A stretch of DNA of 38,002 nt from an uncultured Pseudomonadota bacterium (GTDB lineage: Bacteria; SAR324; NAC60-12), in assembly GCA_913020725.1 (NCBI GenBank), contig CAJWCD010000016.1, positions 1 to 38,002 of the forward strand, read 5' to 3'. Made by a program: the position numbers and the translations under genes. Below, piece after piece: positions 18,659-29,188 of this stretch (positions are counted from its first letter, which is position 1; each line of letters starts with the position of its first letter). The notes under the pieces were generated by a model, which was not told the origin of the DNA, searched no databases, and saw nothing but the letters and a program-made list of their open reading frames with translations.

Positions 18659-20221
18659 ATGAGCCTCTCTAGAAAAATCGGAATGTCGTTTGCTGCGATC
18701 CTGCTGGGATCGGCACTGGTCTTGGGCACAGCACAGGCCAAGGACATCCTCCTCTATGGCGGGAACCAGGACATTGACAACATTGATCCCGCCACGGGAG
18801 AGAATTACTCGATCAATGCCGCGCTCCGCAGCCTGTATGACGCCTTGTTCATTTACCGGGGCGAGAAGATCCAACCGCACTTGGTGGCAAGTTGGTCGGC
18901 AAGTGACGATGCCAAGGTCTGGACGTTCAATCTGAAAAAGAACGCCGTCTTCCATGATGGCAGCCCGGTGACTGCGGAGGCTGTGGTTTACAGCTACAAT
19001 CGCATTCTGGAAATCTCCGGACCACCTGCATGGCGCTGGTCTGGAATTTCGGACAAGAACACCGCCAAGGCGCTTGGCTCTCACAAGGTGCAGTTTACCT
19101 TGACCAAGCCTTTTGCCCCGTTCATTGGCACCCTTCCGCAATTGTTTGTGGTCAATCCAGCAATTGTTGAGGCAAATCGCGGGGACGACTTTGGGCAGAG
19201 CTATCTGAGACTGCATGAGGCGGGTTCCGGGCCGTTCACTCAGGGACGTTGGGAGATCGGCAACGTCTATGAGTTCAAGGCAACTAACAACTACTGGGCT
19301 GGCTGGACAGGCAAAGGTCACTTGGAGGGCTTCATGTGGATCATCCAGCGCGATGCGGCGACTCAGAAGAACTCCCTGCTTGCCGGGGAAACCCACATCG
19401 CCGACACACCGGCTGGCAGCGACAAGGCTGAAATCGCCAAGACTCCGGGTTTCCGGATCACGGAGGATGTGGGCTTTTTCACCAACACCCTGAAGATGAA
19501 CAATCAGGGGAAGTACACCAGCAATCTGAACCTGCGCAAAGCCATTGCCCACGCAATGAACTACGATGCACTTCCGCAGGTGCTGGATGTCAAGGTGACG
19601 GTGTTGCCGGGTGCCACCCCCTCCAACTTCTTGGGCTACACGAAGGTCGCGGTTCCTACCTACGACCTCGACAAAGCCAAGCAATACCTCGCCAAAACTC
19701 CGTGGCCCAACGGTGGCATCACCTTGGACTACGTTTACGTCACGCAATTCCCGCGTGAAGAAATCCCCGGATTGATGCTGCTTGAAGGTTTGGCAAAGTT
19801 GAACATCACGCTCAACATGAAGCCCATGCTATGGCCGGACATGGTCGCGAGTTGTGGGTCTCCTGAAACCGGACCGGATCTCATCAACATCTACACCCTC
19901 CCGCCATACCTCGATCCTGATGCCCACCTCTACAACCAATACCACTCTGGCCAGTGGGGAAGCTTCAACTCGTGCAGTTTCTACAAACACGCCGAGGTAG
20001 ATGCCAAGCTGGACCAGGCCCGTGTCATTGGGGACATCGACCAGCGGTTGGCACTTTATGCGGATGTGCAGAGGCAACTTGCCGCTGATCAGCCTTCGGT
20101 TTGGATGTACACCGAGGACAGCCTGATGGGCTTCAGCCAGTGTGTGAAAGGCTATCTCTATTCCCCGATGTATCCGATCACAGTTCTCTTCCAAGACCTC
20201 TGGATGGAGAACTGCAACTAA
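18659..20221 (+). CDS. ABC transporter substrate-binding protein, family 5 (DppA/DdpA-like)
   Basis: AAGGAG SD, signal peptide, FHDGSPVTAEAV.YS, GSGPF. Confidence 0.93.
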   Translation: MSLSRKIGMSFAAILLGSALVLGTAQAKDILLYGGNQDIDNIDPATGENYSINAALRSLYDALFIYRGEKIQPHLVASWSASDDAKVWTFNLKKNAVFHDGSPVTAEAVVYSYNRILEISGPPAWRWSGISDKNTAKALGSHKVQFTLTKPFAPFIGTLPQLFVVNPAIVEANRGDDFGQSYLRLHEAGSGPFTQGRWEIGNVYEFKATNNYWAGWTGKGHLEGFMWIIQRDAATQKNSLLAGETHIADTPAGSDKAEIAKTPGFRITEDVGFFTNTLKMNNQGKYTSNLNLRKAIAHAMNYDALPQVLDVKVTVLPGATPSNFLGYTKVAVPTYDLDKAKQYLAKTPWPNGGITLDYVYVTQFPREEIPGLMLLEGLAKLNITLNMKPMLWPDMVASCGSPETGPDLINIYTLPPYLDPDAHLYNQYHSGQWGSFNSCSFYKHAEVDAKLDQARVIGDIDQRLALYADVQRQLAADQPSVWMYTEDSLMGFSQCVKGYLYSPMYPITVLFQDLWMENCN

Positions 20222-20238
20222 CACCCTGACCGTCTCTG

Positions 20239-20305
20239 GTGGGGCGTGTTCTGCGCCCCACACGCCTTTACCAAACTACCAGCCGACAACCTCTGTTCGG
20301 CTTTT
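20239..20305 (+). terminator. Intercistronic stem-loops after the SBP gene (mRNA stabiliser or partial terminator)
   Basis: GTGGGGCG..CGCCCCAC hairpin (20239-20261) and AGCCGA..TCGGCT followed by TTT (20281-20305). Confidence 0.45.
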
Positions 20306-20316
20306 AAGCCTTCAAC

Positions 20317-21333
20317 ATGCACCTCCAACTGGGTTATTTTGTCAAACGGTTGCTGCTGCTGGTGCCACTGCTGGTTGGGCTTTCCCTGCTCACCTTCAGT
20401 ATCGCACGAGTGGTTCCCGGTGATCCGGTGGGGCTTGCTGCTGGCCCGCAAGCAACTCCGGAGATCAAGGAAAAGCTTCGGCAGGCATTCGGCCTCGACC
20501 AACCCCTGCCCCTCCAATACTTCAACTACGTTGCCGGGTTATTCCAAGGCGATTGGGGGGAGTCCCTCTATTCGCGTCGGTCGGTTGCCAATGATCTGAA
20601 AACCTACTTCCCGGCAACCTTGGAACTGACGCTTGCTGCGATCTTGTTCGCCTCGGTGTTGGGAACCGTCTTGGGCGTGTTCGCGGCGTTGTACCGAGAC
20701 CAGTTGCCGGATCATCTGTCGCGGATTGGGGTTCTCTTTTTCGTCAGCTTCCCCCAGTTCTGGTTGGCCATGATCTTCCAACTCGTTTTCGGGTTGCTGC
20801 TGCGCTGGTTTCCGATCGGCAAGCGTTTCGACATTCTGACTCCCCCTCCGGAAACCATCACGGGACTCTACACCCTCGACAGTTTGTTGGTTTGGGATTT
20901 TCAGGCATTTCAGGTCGCGGTGGGACACCTCTTCATTCCGGCCTTGGTGCTGTCGTTTGGGGCACTGGCCAGCATCACCCGGATCACCCGCGCCAACATG
21001 CTGGAAGCGCTGGACAAGGATTATGTGCGGATGGAGCGGGCGCTTGGACTTCCGGAACACCTGATCATCTTCAAGTATGTGCTACGCAACGCCTTCATCG
21101 CCACACTGACGGTGATCACCTTGGAATTCGGTTGGCTGATGGCCGGAGCGGTGTTGGTCGAAACTATCTTTGATTGGCCGGGGCTCGGACTCTATGCGGT
21201 GGAATCTTCGCTGCGGTTGGACTTCCAGCCGATCATGGGCATCACCATCATTTATGGGATGGTCTTCAGCCTCGTCAACATTTTCACGGATCTGGCCTAC
21301 GGGCTGTTGGACCCTCGCATTCGCTATGACTGA
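20317..21333 (+). CDS. Peptide ABC transporter permease (DppB-like)
   Basis: PGDP, FGLDQPL..QY, FPATLEL, EAA-like loop, terminal LDPRIR. Confidence 0.93.
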   Translation: MHLQLGYFVKRLLLLVPLLVGLSLLTFSIARVVPGDPVGLAAGPQATPEIKEKLRQAFGLDQPLPLQYFNYVAGLFQGDWGESLYSRRSVANDLKTYFPATLELTLAAILFASVLGTVLGVFAALYRDQLPDHLSRIGVLFFVSFPQFWLAMIFQLVFGLLLRWFPIGKRFDILTPPPETITGLYTLDSLLVWDFQAFQVAVGHLFIPALVLSFGALASITRITRANMLEALDKDYVRMERALGLPEHLIIFKYVLRNAFIATLTVITLEFGWLMAGAVLVETIFDWPGLGLYAVESSLRLDFQPIMGITIIYGMVFSLVNIFTDLAYGLLDPRIRYD

Positions 21334-22231
21334 AACAAGCTCACTGACTCCGGATTACGAGGAGCAAGCACGTTCGGCACGTTGGGAACATTTTCGTCGG
21401 AGCGTTTACCGTTTTCGCCGCAACGGACTCTCGATGCTTGGTTTGGGGATTCTTGCGGTGGTGGTGATCCTCGCGATTGCGGCTCCGTTCATTGTGCCCT
21501 ATCCGGAAGACGCCACGGGAACCACGCACGTTCTTGAACGCCTCAAGCCTCCGAGTGCCAAACACTATTTTGGAACTGACAAGGTGGGACGTGACGTTTA
21601 CAGCCGTGTGCTGATGGGAACCGGGCTCGCCCTGCAAGTCGGCATCGTCATCATTGTCTTGGCGACCACGATTGGCGTGACCTTGGGAGCGGTTGCGGGG
21701 TACTTTGGTCGCTGGGTGGATGAAATCATTATGCGTGTCACCGACATCTTCTTGACCGTGCCTGCGCTGATTCTGGCCATTGCGATCACGGCAGCGCTAG
21801 GCAAGGGCATCACCAACGTGATGATCGGCATCTCGCTGGTCTGGTGGCCCGGATTCGCACGTCTCACCCGCAGTTTGGTGTTGAGCCTCAAGCAGGAAGC
21901 CTTCGTGGAAGCGGCCAACGGTATCGGCGCCAGCCACGCCCGGATTTTATTCCGGCATATCCTTCCAAACGCACTCTCGCCCATCATCGTGAAGATGAGC
22001 ACGGATTTCGGTTTTGCCGTGCTCACGGCAGCGGCACTTGGTTTCATCGGACTCGGCGCACAGCCGCCAACGCCTGAATGGGGAGCGATGATCAATGACG
22101 GGCGGGGCTATTTCCCCGGCAAATGGTGGATTGCCACCTTTCCGGGAATCGCCATCTTCATCGTGGTGTTCAGTTGGAATCTCTTGGGGGATGGTCTCCG
22201 AGACATCCTCGACCCACGCTCAAGACGCTGA
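21326..22231 (+). CDS. Peptide ABC transporter permease (DppC-like)
   Basis: H.FGTD..GRD, FVEAA..IGAS..RI.FRHILPN, PEWGAMI, LLGDGLRD.LDPR; ATG overlaps the dppB-like stop. Confidence 0.93.
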   Translation: MTETSSLTPDYEEQARSARWEHFRRSVYRFRRNGLSMLGLGILAVVVILAIAAPFIVPYPEDATGTTHVLERLKPPSAKHYFGTDKVGRDVYSRVLMGTGLALQVGIVIIVLATTIGVTLGAVAGYFGRWVDEIIMRVTDIFLTVPALILAIAITAALGKGITNVMIGISLVWWPGFARLTRSLVLSLKQEAFVEAANGIGASHARILFRHILPNALSPIIVKMSTDFGFAVLTAAALGFIGLGAQPPTPEWGAMINDGRGYFPGKWWIATFPGIAIFIVVFSWNLLGDGLRDILDPRSRR

Positions 22232-22245
22232 AGCAAATTTTGGGA

Positions 22246-23265
22246 ATGCTGCTCGATATTCGCAACCTGCATCTTGAATTCCAGACCTTCGACGGGACAT
22301 CGAAAATCCTGGTCGGGGTCAACCTCCAGCTTCAGCGAGGTGACATTCTGGCCTTGGTGGGAGAAACGGGCTGCGGAAAATCCATGACAGCCCTCAGTAT
22401 TCCGCGTTTGATTTCCATGCCTCCGGGCAAGATCACGCAGGGGCAGGTGCTGTTTGAGGGAGAAGACCTTTTGCAGAAACCCCGTTCAGAAATGCGGAAG
22501 TTCCGTGCCAAGCACTTGGGCATGATCTTCCAAGACCCAACCACAAACCTCAACCCCCTCTTCACGATCCGGGAGCAGCTTGTGGATGCGGTTCTTTACC
22601 AGTGCCATGCGGCAGATAAAGTCTCTGGACGCTGGAAAAATTTCCTGCCCTCGGCGCGGCAACTGCGTCAAGACGCTCATGCCCGTGCCGTCGAGTTGAT
22701 GCAGTTGGTCGGCATTCCGGACGGCAAACGACGGCTGGAAGACTACCCGCATCAGTTCTCTGGTGGAATGCGGCAGCGCGTCTTGATTGCCATGGCTCTT
22801 GCCGGGAGTCCAGACCTTTTGATTGCCGATGAACCGACCACCGCACTTGATGTCACCATCCAAGCACAAATCCTGCGTTTGATGGCTGATTTGGTGAAGC
22901 GGTTGGGGCTTTCCGTCTTGCTGATCACCCACAATCTGGGTGTGGTTGCCAAGACCTGTGAAAAGGCAGCGGTGATGTATGCGGGGCGTGTGGTGGAGCA
23001 AGCACCTGTCCGGGAATTGTTTCTCAATCCCAAGCACCCCTACACTCAAGGCTTGCTGCAGGCGGTGCCCACCAAACACACCAACCGGGGCGAGCTTGCG
23101 GGCATTCCCGGTTCGCTCCCCGATCTTGCCAACCCACCCTCCGGATGCCGGTTCCACCCGCGTTGTCCGCACGCCACCGAGATTTGTCGGCAGCAAGTTC
23201 CACCCACTATCACCGTTGGCCCAGAGCATTCCACGAGTTGCCACCTTTATCCGGAAGCGACATGA
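22246..23265 (+). CDS. Peptide ABC transporter ATPase (DppD-like)
   Basis: [26 protein letters not shown], Cys-rich C-terminus (GCRFHPRC). Confidence 0.95.
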   Translation: MLLDIRNLHLEFQTFDGTSKILVGVNLQLQRGDILALVGETGCGKSMTALSIPRLISMPPGKITQGQVLFEGEDLLQKPRSEMRKFRAKHLGMIFQDPTTNLNPLFTIREQLVDAVLYQCHAADKVSGRWKNFLPSARQLRQDAHARAVELMQLVGIPDGKRRLEDYPHQFSGGMRQRVLIAMALAGSPDLLIADEPTTALDVTIQAQILRLMADLVKRLGLSVLLITHNLGVVAKTCEKAAVMYAGRVVEQAPVRELFLNPKHPYTQGLLQAVPTKHTNRGELAGIPGSLPDLANPPSGCRFHPRCPHATEICRQQVPPTITVGPEHSTSCHLYPEAT

Positions 23266-24251
23266 GCGCCACGACCCCACTGCTTGAGGTCCGCAACCTG
23301 AAGATGCACTTTGCTTCCCGGCAGGGACTGCTGCGCCGTGAGGTCAGCCAGGTCAAGGCCATTGACGATGTGAGCTTCTCCCTTGAGGCGGGCAAAACCT
23401 TGGGGCTGGTTGGGGAATCCGGCTCCGGAAAAACCACGATTGGCAAATGCGTGGTGCGCCTGCTGGAACCAACCGAGGGGGAGATTCTGTTTGAGGGAAA
23501 CAACATCGCCCATCTGTCGCGCAAGGAAATGCAGAGCAAGCGGGCCGAGGTCCAAATGATCTACCAGTCTCCTGCCGCCTCGCTCAACAGCCGCATGACG
23601 ATTGGGCAGATCGTCTCCGAACCGCTCTGGATCCACGAGGGCTTGCGGACCCATGAGGCCAGACACCGAGTCCTCGAACTGTTGCACACCGTGGGACTCA
23701 AGGAGGAACACTACCATCGCTATCCCCACGAGTTCAGCGGGGGTCAACAGCAACGGGTGGGGATTGCGCGGGCCTTGGCCCTCAAGCCGAAGCTGCTGGT
23801 GCTGGACGAACCGACTTCGGCGCTTGATGTGTCAGTGCAGGCGCAGGTGTTGAACCTGCTGCAAGCGTTGCAGGATCAGTTTCAACTCACCTACTTGTTC
23901 ATTTCACACGATCTTGGGGTCGTTAGGTATGTCTGCGATCAGGTGGCGCTGCTCTACCTTGGGAAGCTCGTTGAGGTCGCCGATGTCGAGGCCGTGTTCG
24001 AGAACCCCAAGCACCCCTACACCCAAGCACTCATTTCTGCAATTCCGGAACCGGACCCCGGCGACGAACGCGAGCAGATCCTTCTCAAAGGAGAAACCGC
24101 CGCTGCGAAGCCAGAGCGGGGTTGTGCCTTTGCGCCTCGGTGTCCTGCCGCCAAGCTTGACCAGTGTGCCCGCGTCGAGCCACTGCTGGTTGAGGTCGAA
24201 GGCGGGCACCAAGTCGCCTGCCACCTGTTTTCGGAAACAGAGAGGCGCTAA
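23262..24251 (+). CDS. Peptide ABC transporter ATPase (DppF-like)
   Basis: GESGSGKT, FSGGQQQR, LDEPTSALD; ATGA overlap with the previous gene. Confidence 0.95.
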   Translation: MSATTPLLEVRNLKMHFASRQGLLRREVSQVKAIDDVSFSLEAGKTLGLVGESGSGKTTIGKCVVRLLEPTEGEILFEGNNIAHLSRKEMQSKRAEVQMIYQSPAASLNSRMTIGQIVSEPLWIHEGLRTHEARHRVLELLHTVGLKEEHYHRYPHEFSGGQQQRVGIARALALKPKLLVLDEPTSALDVSVQAQVLNLLQALQDQFQLTYLFISHDLGVVRYVCDQVALLYLGKLVEVADVEAVFENPKHPYTQALISAIPEPDPGDEREQILLKGETAAAKPERGCAFAPRCPAAKLDQCARVEPLLVEVEGGHQVACHLFSETERR

Positions 24252-25327
24252 AGCGGTCGTTCTTCGATGGGGGTGAATTCGATGTCGTAGCCGAAATATT
24301 GCGGTCCCACCAACTTCAAGCCCTCGGAGGTACGCCACTTGGGGTCGCTGGGAATGCCCAAGCCTACCACCCGGAGGCCAAAGCGCAGCGATTCAGTGGT
24401 GACGGGTTCGCCCGTGTCAATGTCCAGCAGAGTGATCAGGTCCGGAGTGGAGACGATGGCTTCTGCGTCCCTGCGTGCAATCAGAAACTCGTTTTGAAAA
24501 TCGATTTCGAAGGTGTGCGCGGAGTAGCGATCAATCCCTTTGAGGGTGGCGGTTCCTCGTGCAAATCCGCCTTCTGTCCGTCGTTCCACATCGGTCACTT
24601 TTGCTTCAAACAACTCAAAGGCTCCAAGCAAAGTGCGAAGGGCTTCCACGGGATTGCGATTGTCTAGACGCGCTTTCCGGAGGGTTTCTCCGATTTTCTT
24701 GCAAAGACTGATCGTGCCGCGGATAAGCGACTGCTTGGCGGTCGCACCATTCATTGAATACAGGGCAATCAACGCGGAGCCGCCCATCTCAACAGTGGCC
24801 GAGCGTGCCAGCCGTTCCGTCCACTTGTTGTCCACGGTGTCCAGCAACACGGAGTTTCCCTTGTCATCGCTCATCACCATCGGAGTCGCCGAAATTCCGT
24901 GCATGGTGAAGGACACCATTTGCAGTTCCGGATAGGCGCGACCCATGCCGTCGCCGTCCACCAACGGGAGGCCCATTTCTGCCGCAACGATAAAGGGGGT
25001 GGTTGAGTTCAAGCCTCCGCATTCCGCGCACATCACCGCAGTGATCGGCTGGCCCATGAACTCTCCGAGCTTGGTGTAGGCCGTCACAATTTCATCCCCC
25101 CGTGGCAACTTCTCCAGCATCACCGTGGGAGCCCCCATCATGGCGGCGCAGGCCACTAGGTCATCATCATTGAGTTCATCCACGTCGATCAGTGCGACGG
25201 GAGCGTTTTTCCGGATGGACTGCATGGCCATCAGCTTGCCGATATAGGGATCCCCGCCGCCACCGGTTCCCATCACGGCTCCACCCACCGCAACATCATG
25301 CATTTGTTCCGCAGTAATCGTTTCCAT
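24248..25327 (-). CDS. DUF917 family protein
   Basis: GTGGGGDP, E.GG.NS, DGDGMGRA.PE, E..GGF..G, QNE and PDLI motifs; GGAGG SD before ATG 25327. Confidence 0.9.
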   Translation of the reverse strand: METITAEQMHDVAVGGAVMGTGGGGDPYIGKLMAMQSIRKNAPVALIDVDELNDDDLVACAAMMGAPTVMLEKLPRGDEIVTAYTKLGEFMGQPITAVMCAECGGLNSTTPFIVAAEMGLPLVDGDGMGRAYPELQMVSFTMHGISATPMVMSDDKGNSVLLDTVDNKWTERLARSATVEMGGSALIALYSMNGATAKQSLIRGTISLCKKIGETLRKARLDNRNPVEALRTLLGAFELFEAKVTDVERRTEGGFARGTATLKGIDRYSAHTFEIDFQNEFLIARRDAEAIVSTPDLITLLDIDTGEPVTTESLRFGLRVVGLGIPSDPKWRTSEGLKLVGPQYFGYDIEFTPIEERPL

Positions 25328-25338
25328 CTGTCCTCCTC

Positions 25339-26418
25339 TCAATTGGCAAGGGGTTGGTAGTTTACGTCCGCATAACCGAAAGCCTTGGGGCCAACCACCT
25401 TGAGCGCGGCCTCCGTCCTCAGCAAGCGGTGGCAGGGAAAGGCCATCACGGCCACGCGCATTCCGTAGCGCAACACCTCGGTCGTGATCGGCTCACCCGA
25501 ATCCACATTCAGCACGATGATCAAATCCGGAACGGAAACCGTCACCGTCCCGTTGCAGCGCAGGATCAGGTTTTCGTTCTGAATGTCGATTTCTGCCAAA
25601 TCGTTGGGATTTTCCAAACTCTCCAGCTTGACCCTTCCGACCGCAAAGCCCCCCTTGAGTTCGCGGCGCACGTCGGTGATCTTTCCCCGGAACTGCAATT
25701 GCCCACCCGCTTCGGTTTGGATCGCGTCCAGAGGATTGCGGTTTTCCTCATTCGCCAAACGGACACAGCGCCCCAAGTTGGTTGCTTGCGTGAGGGTCTC
25801 CGGAATCGCATAGCGTTTGATGAAATCTCCCCGCATCGGTGGATCGGCAAATCCGGCCGCAGCCCCCATGTCCACGGCAATGGTGCGGGCAAAACGCTCC
25901 AGCCAGTACATGTCCTGCACCTTCCGGAAGACCACAACATTACCCTTCTCGTCGGCAATCGCCGCAGGCTGAGGTGAATGACCGTAGATGAAAAAGGTCA
26001 TCATTTGAATTTCAGGAAACGCTCGGCCCATGCCGTCACCATCCACCACCGGAATTCCGGCTTGTGCGGCAGTGATCAAGGGTTCCATGCTGTTGGAACC
26101 ACCGATTTCGGCAGGAATCAGAGCAGAAATCGTCTTGCCGGTTTCTTGCTCAATCGCCTTCAGTGCCTGAAAACACTCGTCGCCCCGCTCGAGCTTCTCG
26201 ATTCCCACCACCGGGGCACCGATACCACCGACACTGACCACAAGATCATCATCTCCCAATGCTTCCAGTGGAATGATCTCAATGTCCTTGCCTTGGCGCA
26301 GCAGTTCCCGGACTCGCAGTTTGCCGATGTAGGGGTTGCCTCCGCCGCCCGTGCCCAGAATCGCAGCACCGACCGCCAAATCATCAAGCTGTTGCTCGTC
26401 CAGTTTACGAGAGGCCAT
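25339..26418 (-). CDS. DUF917 family protein (paralog)
   Basis: GTGGGGNP, EIGGSNS, DGDGMGRAFPE, GGFAVG, QNENL, PDLI. Confidence 0.9.
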   Translation of the reverse strand: MASRKLDEQQLDDLAVGAAILGTGGGGNPYIGKLRVRELLRQGKDIEIIPLEALGDDDLVVSVGGIGAPVVGIEKLERGDECFQALKAIEQETGKTISALIPAEIGGSNSMEPLITAAQAGIPVVDGDGMGRAFPEIQMMTFFIYGHSPQPAAIADEKGNVVVFRKVQDMYWLERFARTIAVDMGAAAGFADPPMRGDFIKRYAIPETLTQATNLGRCVRLANEENRNPLDAIQTEAGGQLQFRGKITDVRRELKGGFAVGRVKLESLENPNDLAEIDIQNENLILRCNGTVTVSVPDLIIVLNVDSGEPITTEVLRYGMRVAVMAFPCHRLLRTEAALKVVGPKAFGYADVNYQPLAN

Positions 26419-27955
26419 CTAAATCCCCCACGGCTTTGACACGAACTCGGGTGGCGTTGCCCGGAAGGTAGGCCAGCGGCACATCTTCGACATCAACAAT
26501 TTCCACCGTGTCTCGTTTCGCTCCGGCTTCGACGGCTTTTTCAATCGCCTCGGCCTTAGCTTCGTTCAAGACCTTGTCACGGGTTTGCTCGGTCAGAGCA
26601 TAGACCCGATCAATTTCTCCGCTGATCTGGGCAATGGCCGCTCCCACGGCATTAGCAACGGCATGGTTTTCTGGACGCTTGACCGGCAAGTCACCGATCT
26701 GATCCTTCACCAAGATGCTGCCCCCGCCCACGACAATGACCGGAATGGGTTCCGGAGAAAGCCGCATGCGCTCGACAACGACTGAAAGCATTTCCTGCAT
26801 TCGTGAAACTGATGCCTCGATCAATTCCGTGGGCAGTCCGGAAACTTTGCTGGCGTCGCCAAAATCCGCCATGCCTGCGGCAATCGCGATGTCCGACGCG
26901 GTCAGGGTGCTGCCTCCAAAAATCAGGGCGTCTTCCGTGAGGCGGTAGCCCACGCTTTGCGGGCCGACCTGAATATCGCTGGCGGTTCCCAGCACATGCG
27001 AACCGCCACCCAAACCGATACTGAAGACATCCGGCATCCGGAAATTGGTGCGCACCCCGCCGATCTCAACGGCCACCCCGGCTTGGCGCGGAAAGCCTTT
27101 TTGCAAGGCCCCCACATCCGTGGTTGTGCCGCCGATGTCAATGACGACCGCATCCTTGAGTCCGGACAGGAAGGCTGCCCCGCGCATGGAGTTGGTGGAA
27201 CCGCTGGCGAAGGTCAGCACCGGAAACCTGCGGGCGAGTGCTTCGCTCATCAAGGTGCCGTCATTTTGAGTCAGGTAAAACGCTGCCGATAAGCCCGCTT
27301 CCGAAAGCGCTTCCTTAAACGCGGTGATGGTGGAATCGCTCAAATCCCGCAAACAGGCGTTCATGATCGTCGCGTTTTCACGCTCCAAGAGACCGACCCG
27401 CCCAATATCGCTGGAAAGGGAAAAATGCGCCTCCGGCAATTCCTTTTCGAGGATGGCTTTGGCCTCTTGTTCCATTTCGGTGTTGACCGGACTGAAGACT
27501 GCCGAGATCGCCACGGCCTTGATGCCCTTTGCTGCGATGTCTCCGGCGATGCGCTTGAGTTCGTCCACATCGATTTCCGAGATTTTTCGTCCGTCAAACT
27601 CGTGTCCTCCGTGGGCCAGCGCGTAGTGATTGCCGACCAAGTCTCGCAAATCCTCCGGCCAGTCCACCATGGGCACCAGCGAGGCGGTCGCTGGCAGTCC
27701 AAGCCGTACCGCTGCTGTTTGTGCCAAGTGGCGACGCTGCACGACGGCGTTCGTAAAATGCGTGGTGCCAATCATCACGGCGTCCACAGTTCCACGATCC
27801 ATCCCGGAGCTTTGTAACACTGTGTTGAGGGCATTCCGAACCCCGGACATCACGTCTGCGGTGGTGGGAGTCTTACAGGACTCCAGAACCTTGGAGTCTT
27901 CCATGAGCACGGCATCCGTGTTGGTGCCTCCCACATCCACGCCTATTCTGAACAT
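26405..27955 (-). CDS. Hydantoinase/oxoprolinase (HyuA-like) family protein
   Basis: IGVDVGGTNTD, GTTHFTNA, ERENATI.NA, DIGGTTTD, GLGGGS, ANAVGAA. Confidence 0.93.
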   Translation of the reverse strand: MFRIGVDVGGTNTDAVLMEDSKVLESCKTPTTADVMSGVRNALNTVLQSSGMDRGTVDAVMIGTTHFTNAVVQRRHLAQTAAVRLGLPATASLVPMVDWPEDLRDLVGNHYALAHGGHEFDGRKISEIDVDELKRIAGDIAAKGIKAVAISAVFSPVNTEMEQEAKAILEKELPEAHFSLSSDIGRVGLLERENATIMNACLRDLSDSTITAFKEALSEAGLSAAFYLTQNDGTLMSEALARRFPVLTFASGSTNSMRGAAFLSGLKDAVVIDIGGTTTDVGALQKGFPRQAGVAVEIGGVRTNFRMPDVFSIGLGGGSHVLGTASDIQVGPQSVGYRLTEDALIFGGSTLTASDIAIAAGMADFGDASKVSGLPTELIEASVSRMQEMLSVVVERMRLSPEPIPVIVVGGGSILVKDQIGDLPVKRPENHAVANAVGAAIAQISGEIDRVYALTEQTRDKVLNEAKAEAIEKAVEAGAKRDTVEIVDVEDVPLAYLPGNATRVRVKAVGDLDGLS

Positions 27956-28147
27956 CGCGTCCTTTTTCTGTTGAAGTTGTACGAATCAGGTTTTGTGGAT
28001 GGGCCAAGGTCACTTGTACCAGCACAGGTTTTCCTGATCCCGAGAAGGCATACCTATACCGGATTTCGGCAGCGAAAAAAAGCCCAAAACATCGAAACCG
28101 ACAAAAAGACGCAGTGGTGGCGTTGTGACGACTGGAAGAGTGGAGGG

Positions 28148-28591
28148 TCAGGAGTTGCGGAGGAATTCGTTGAAATCGCGGTAGAGTTCACGGTCGGCAA
28201 GCCACTGGTGCAGGGCATTCATCACCTCCTTGCGCAGGGCGGTTTCCCGGATGTTGAGGTCCGGTTTCTTGTCGAGGACGTTGAAGCTGGCCGATTCCTG
28301 CTTCCATTTCAGCGTTTCTTCATGCATTTTGGAAAGGGGATTTCCTGCTGCACGGATTTCAAAAGCACCCAGTGACAACACAAAATTGTCGTAAATCCGC
28401 ACCACTCGGTTGGGGGGAATGTCCTTGAAATTGAGGAGGTTGCCCAGTTTGTTGAGGCGACGACTGGAGTAGCTGTCGTGGACTTGGAGATTGTGGCGTC
28501 CGTGGTAGTCTTCGACGAGCAGACGACGCTCCCCGGATTCCGGATGGGTGAAAACGCGAGTGATCAACAAATGACCGGTGAGGACTTTCAT
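28148..28591 (-). CDS. Hypothetical protein
   Basis: 147 aa ORF with globular composition, co-oriented with neighbours; no motif recognised. Confidence 0.6.
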   Translation of the reverse strand: MKVLTGHLLITRVFTHPESGERRLLVEDYHGRHNLQVHDSYSSRRLNKLGNLLNFKDIPPNRVVRIYDNFVLSLGAFEIRAAGNPLSKMHEETLKWKQESASFNVLDKKPDLNIRETALRKEVMNALHQWLADRELYRDFNEFLRNS

Positions 28592-28622
28592 CGCAAACGA
28601 CGGGTTTTTATTTCAGTGAAAT

Positions 28623-29071
28623 TCACAACAGGTGGGAGTCTACCAGTGCTTCGTGGACTTGGGGATCCTTGCGGGCCAAGGAACGCATCACGATCAGGAG
28701 GCGTTGCAACTCGTCCCACATGCGCTGTTCGCGTTCCTCACGGCGGCGGCGTAGCCACTCTGCAATGAACGGCCCGGCCAGCACACCCATGATCAGAATG
28801 CCCAAAATCGTCTGGATAAACTCAAAGCGCTCGTTCACCTGCTCAAAGCGCTTATCAACTTGCTCAAAACGCAGGACCGTCTCCTTGCGGAACTGGTTCA
28901 TCTCCACTCGGAACTGGTTCATTTCCATTCGGAGTTGCTTCATGTCCACCCGAATCTCCTTGATTTCGGCAAGGATGACCCAAAGCGGTCTTGGGCGTGA
29001 AGTGGCGCCGCCGCAAAGCAAGCCAGTAGCAGGATGGCGAACAACCCTCGTTGCATCGTCGTTTTCTTCAT
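28623..29071 (-). pseudogene. Secreted/membrane-anchored coiled-coil protein with a single -1 frameshift near 28979-28981
   Basis: GGGAG SD then MKKTTMQRGLFAILLLACFAAAPLHAQDRF signal peptide; one extra G joins it to VILAEIKEIR..RFEQVDKRFEQVNERF..TM helix (449+1 = 450 nt). Confidence 0.7.
28821..28950 (-). repeat. 21-nt (heptad) coding tandem repeats
   Basis: R.EMNQF x2 and RFEQV(D/N)(K/E) x2 are visible as 21-nt repeated units. Confidence 0.7.
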
Positions 29072-29188
29072 GGACTCCCGAATTTTGAGGTTTGCGGTGT
29101 TGCCCAGTCGCGCTTGCCCGGAACGTGTTTGACTTCCGACACTTTAGCATGTATTTTTTAACGATGCTTTGCAACTCTCGAGAGTCCC

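Noticed and set aside
18587..19747. 386-aa antisense ORF
   Set aside because: Shadow of the SBP gene; typical of GC-rich codon bias.
27971..28375. 134-aa plus-strand ORF
   Set aside because: Overlaps the more protein-like minus-strand ORF 28148-28591 and the likely promoter region of the hydantoinase operon.
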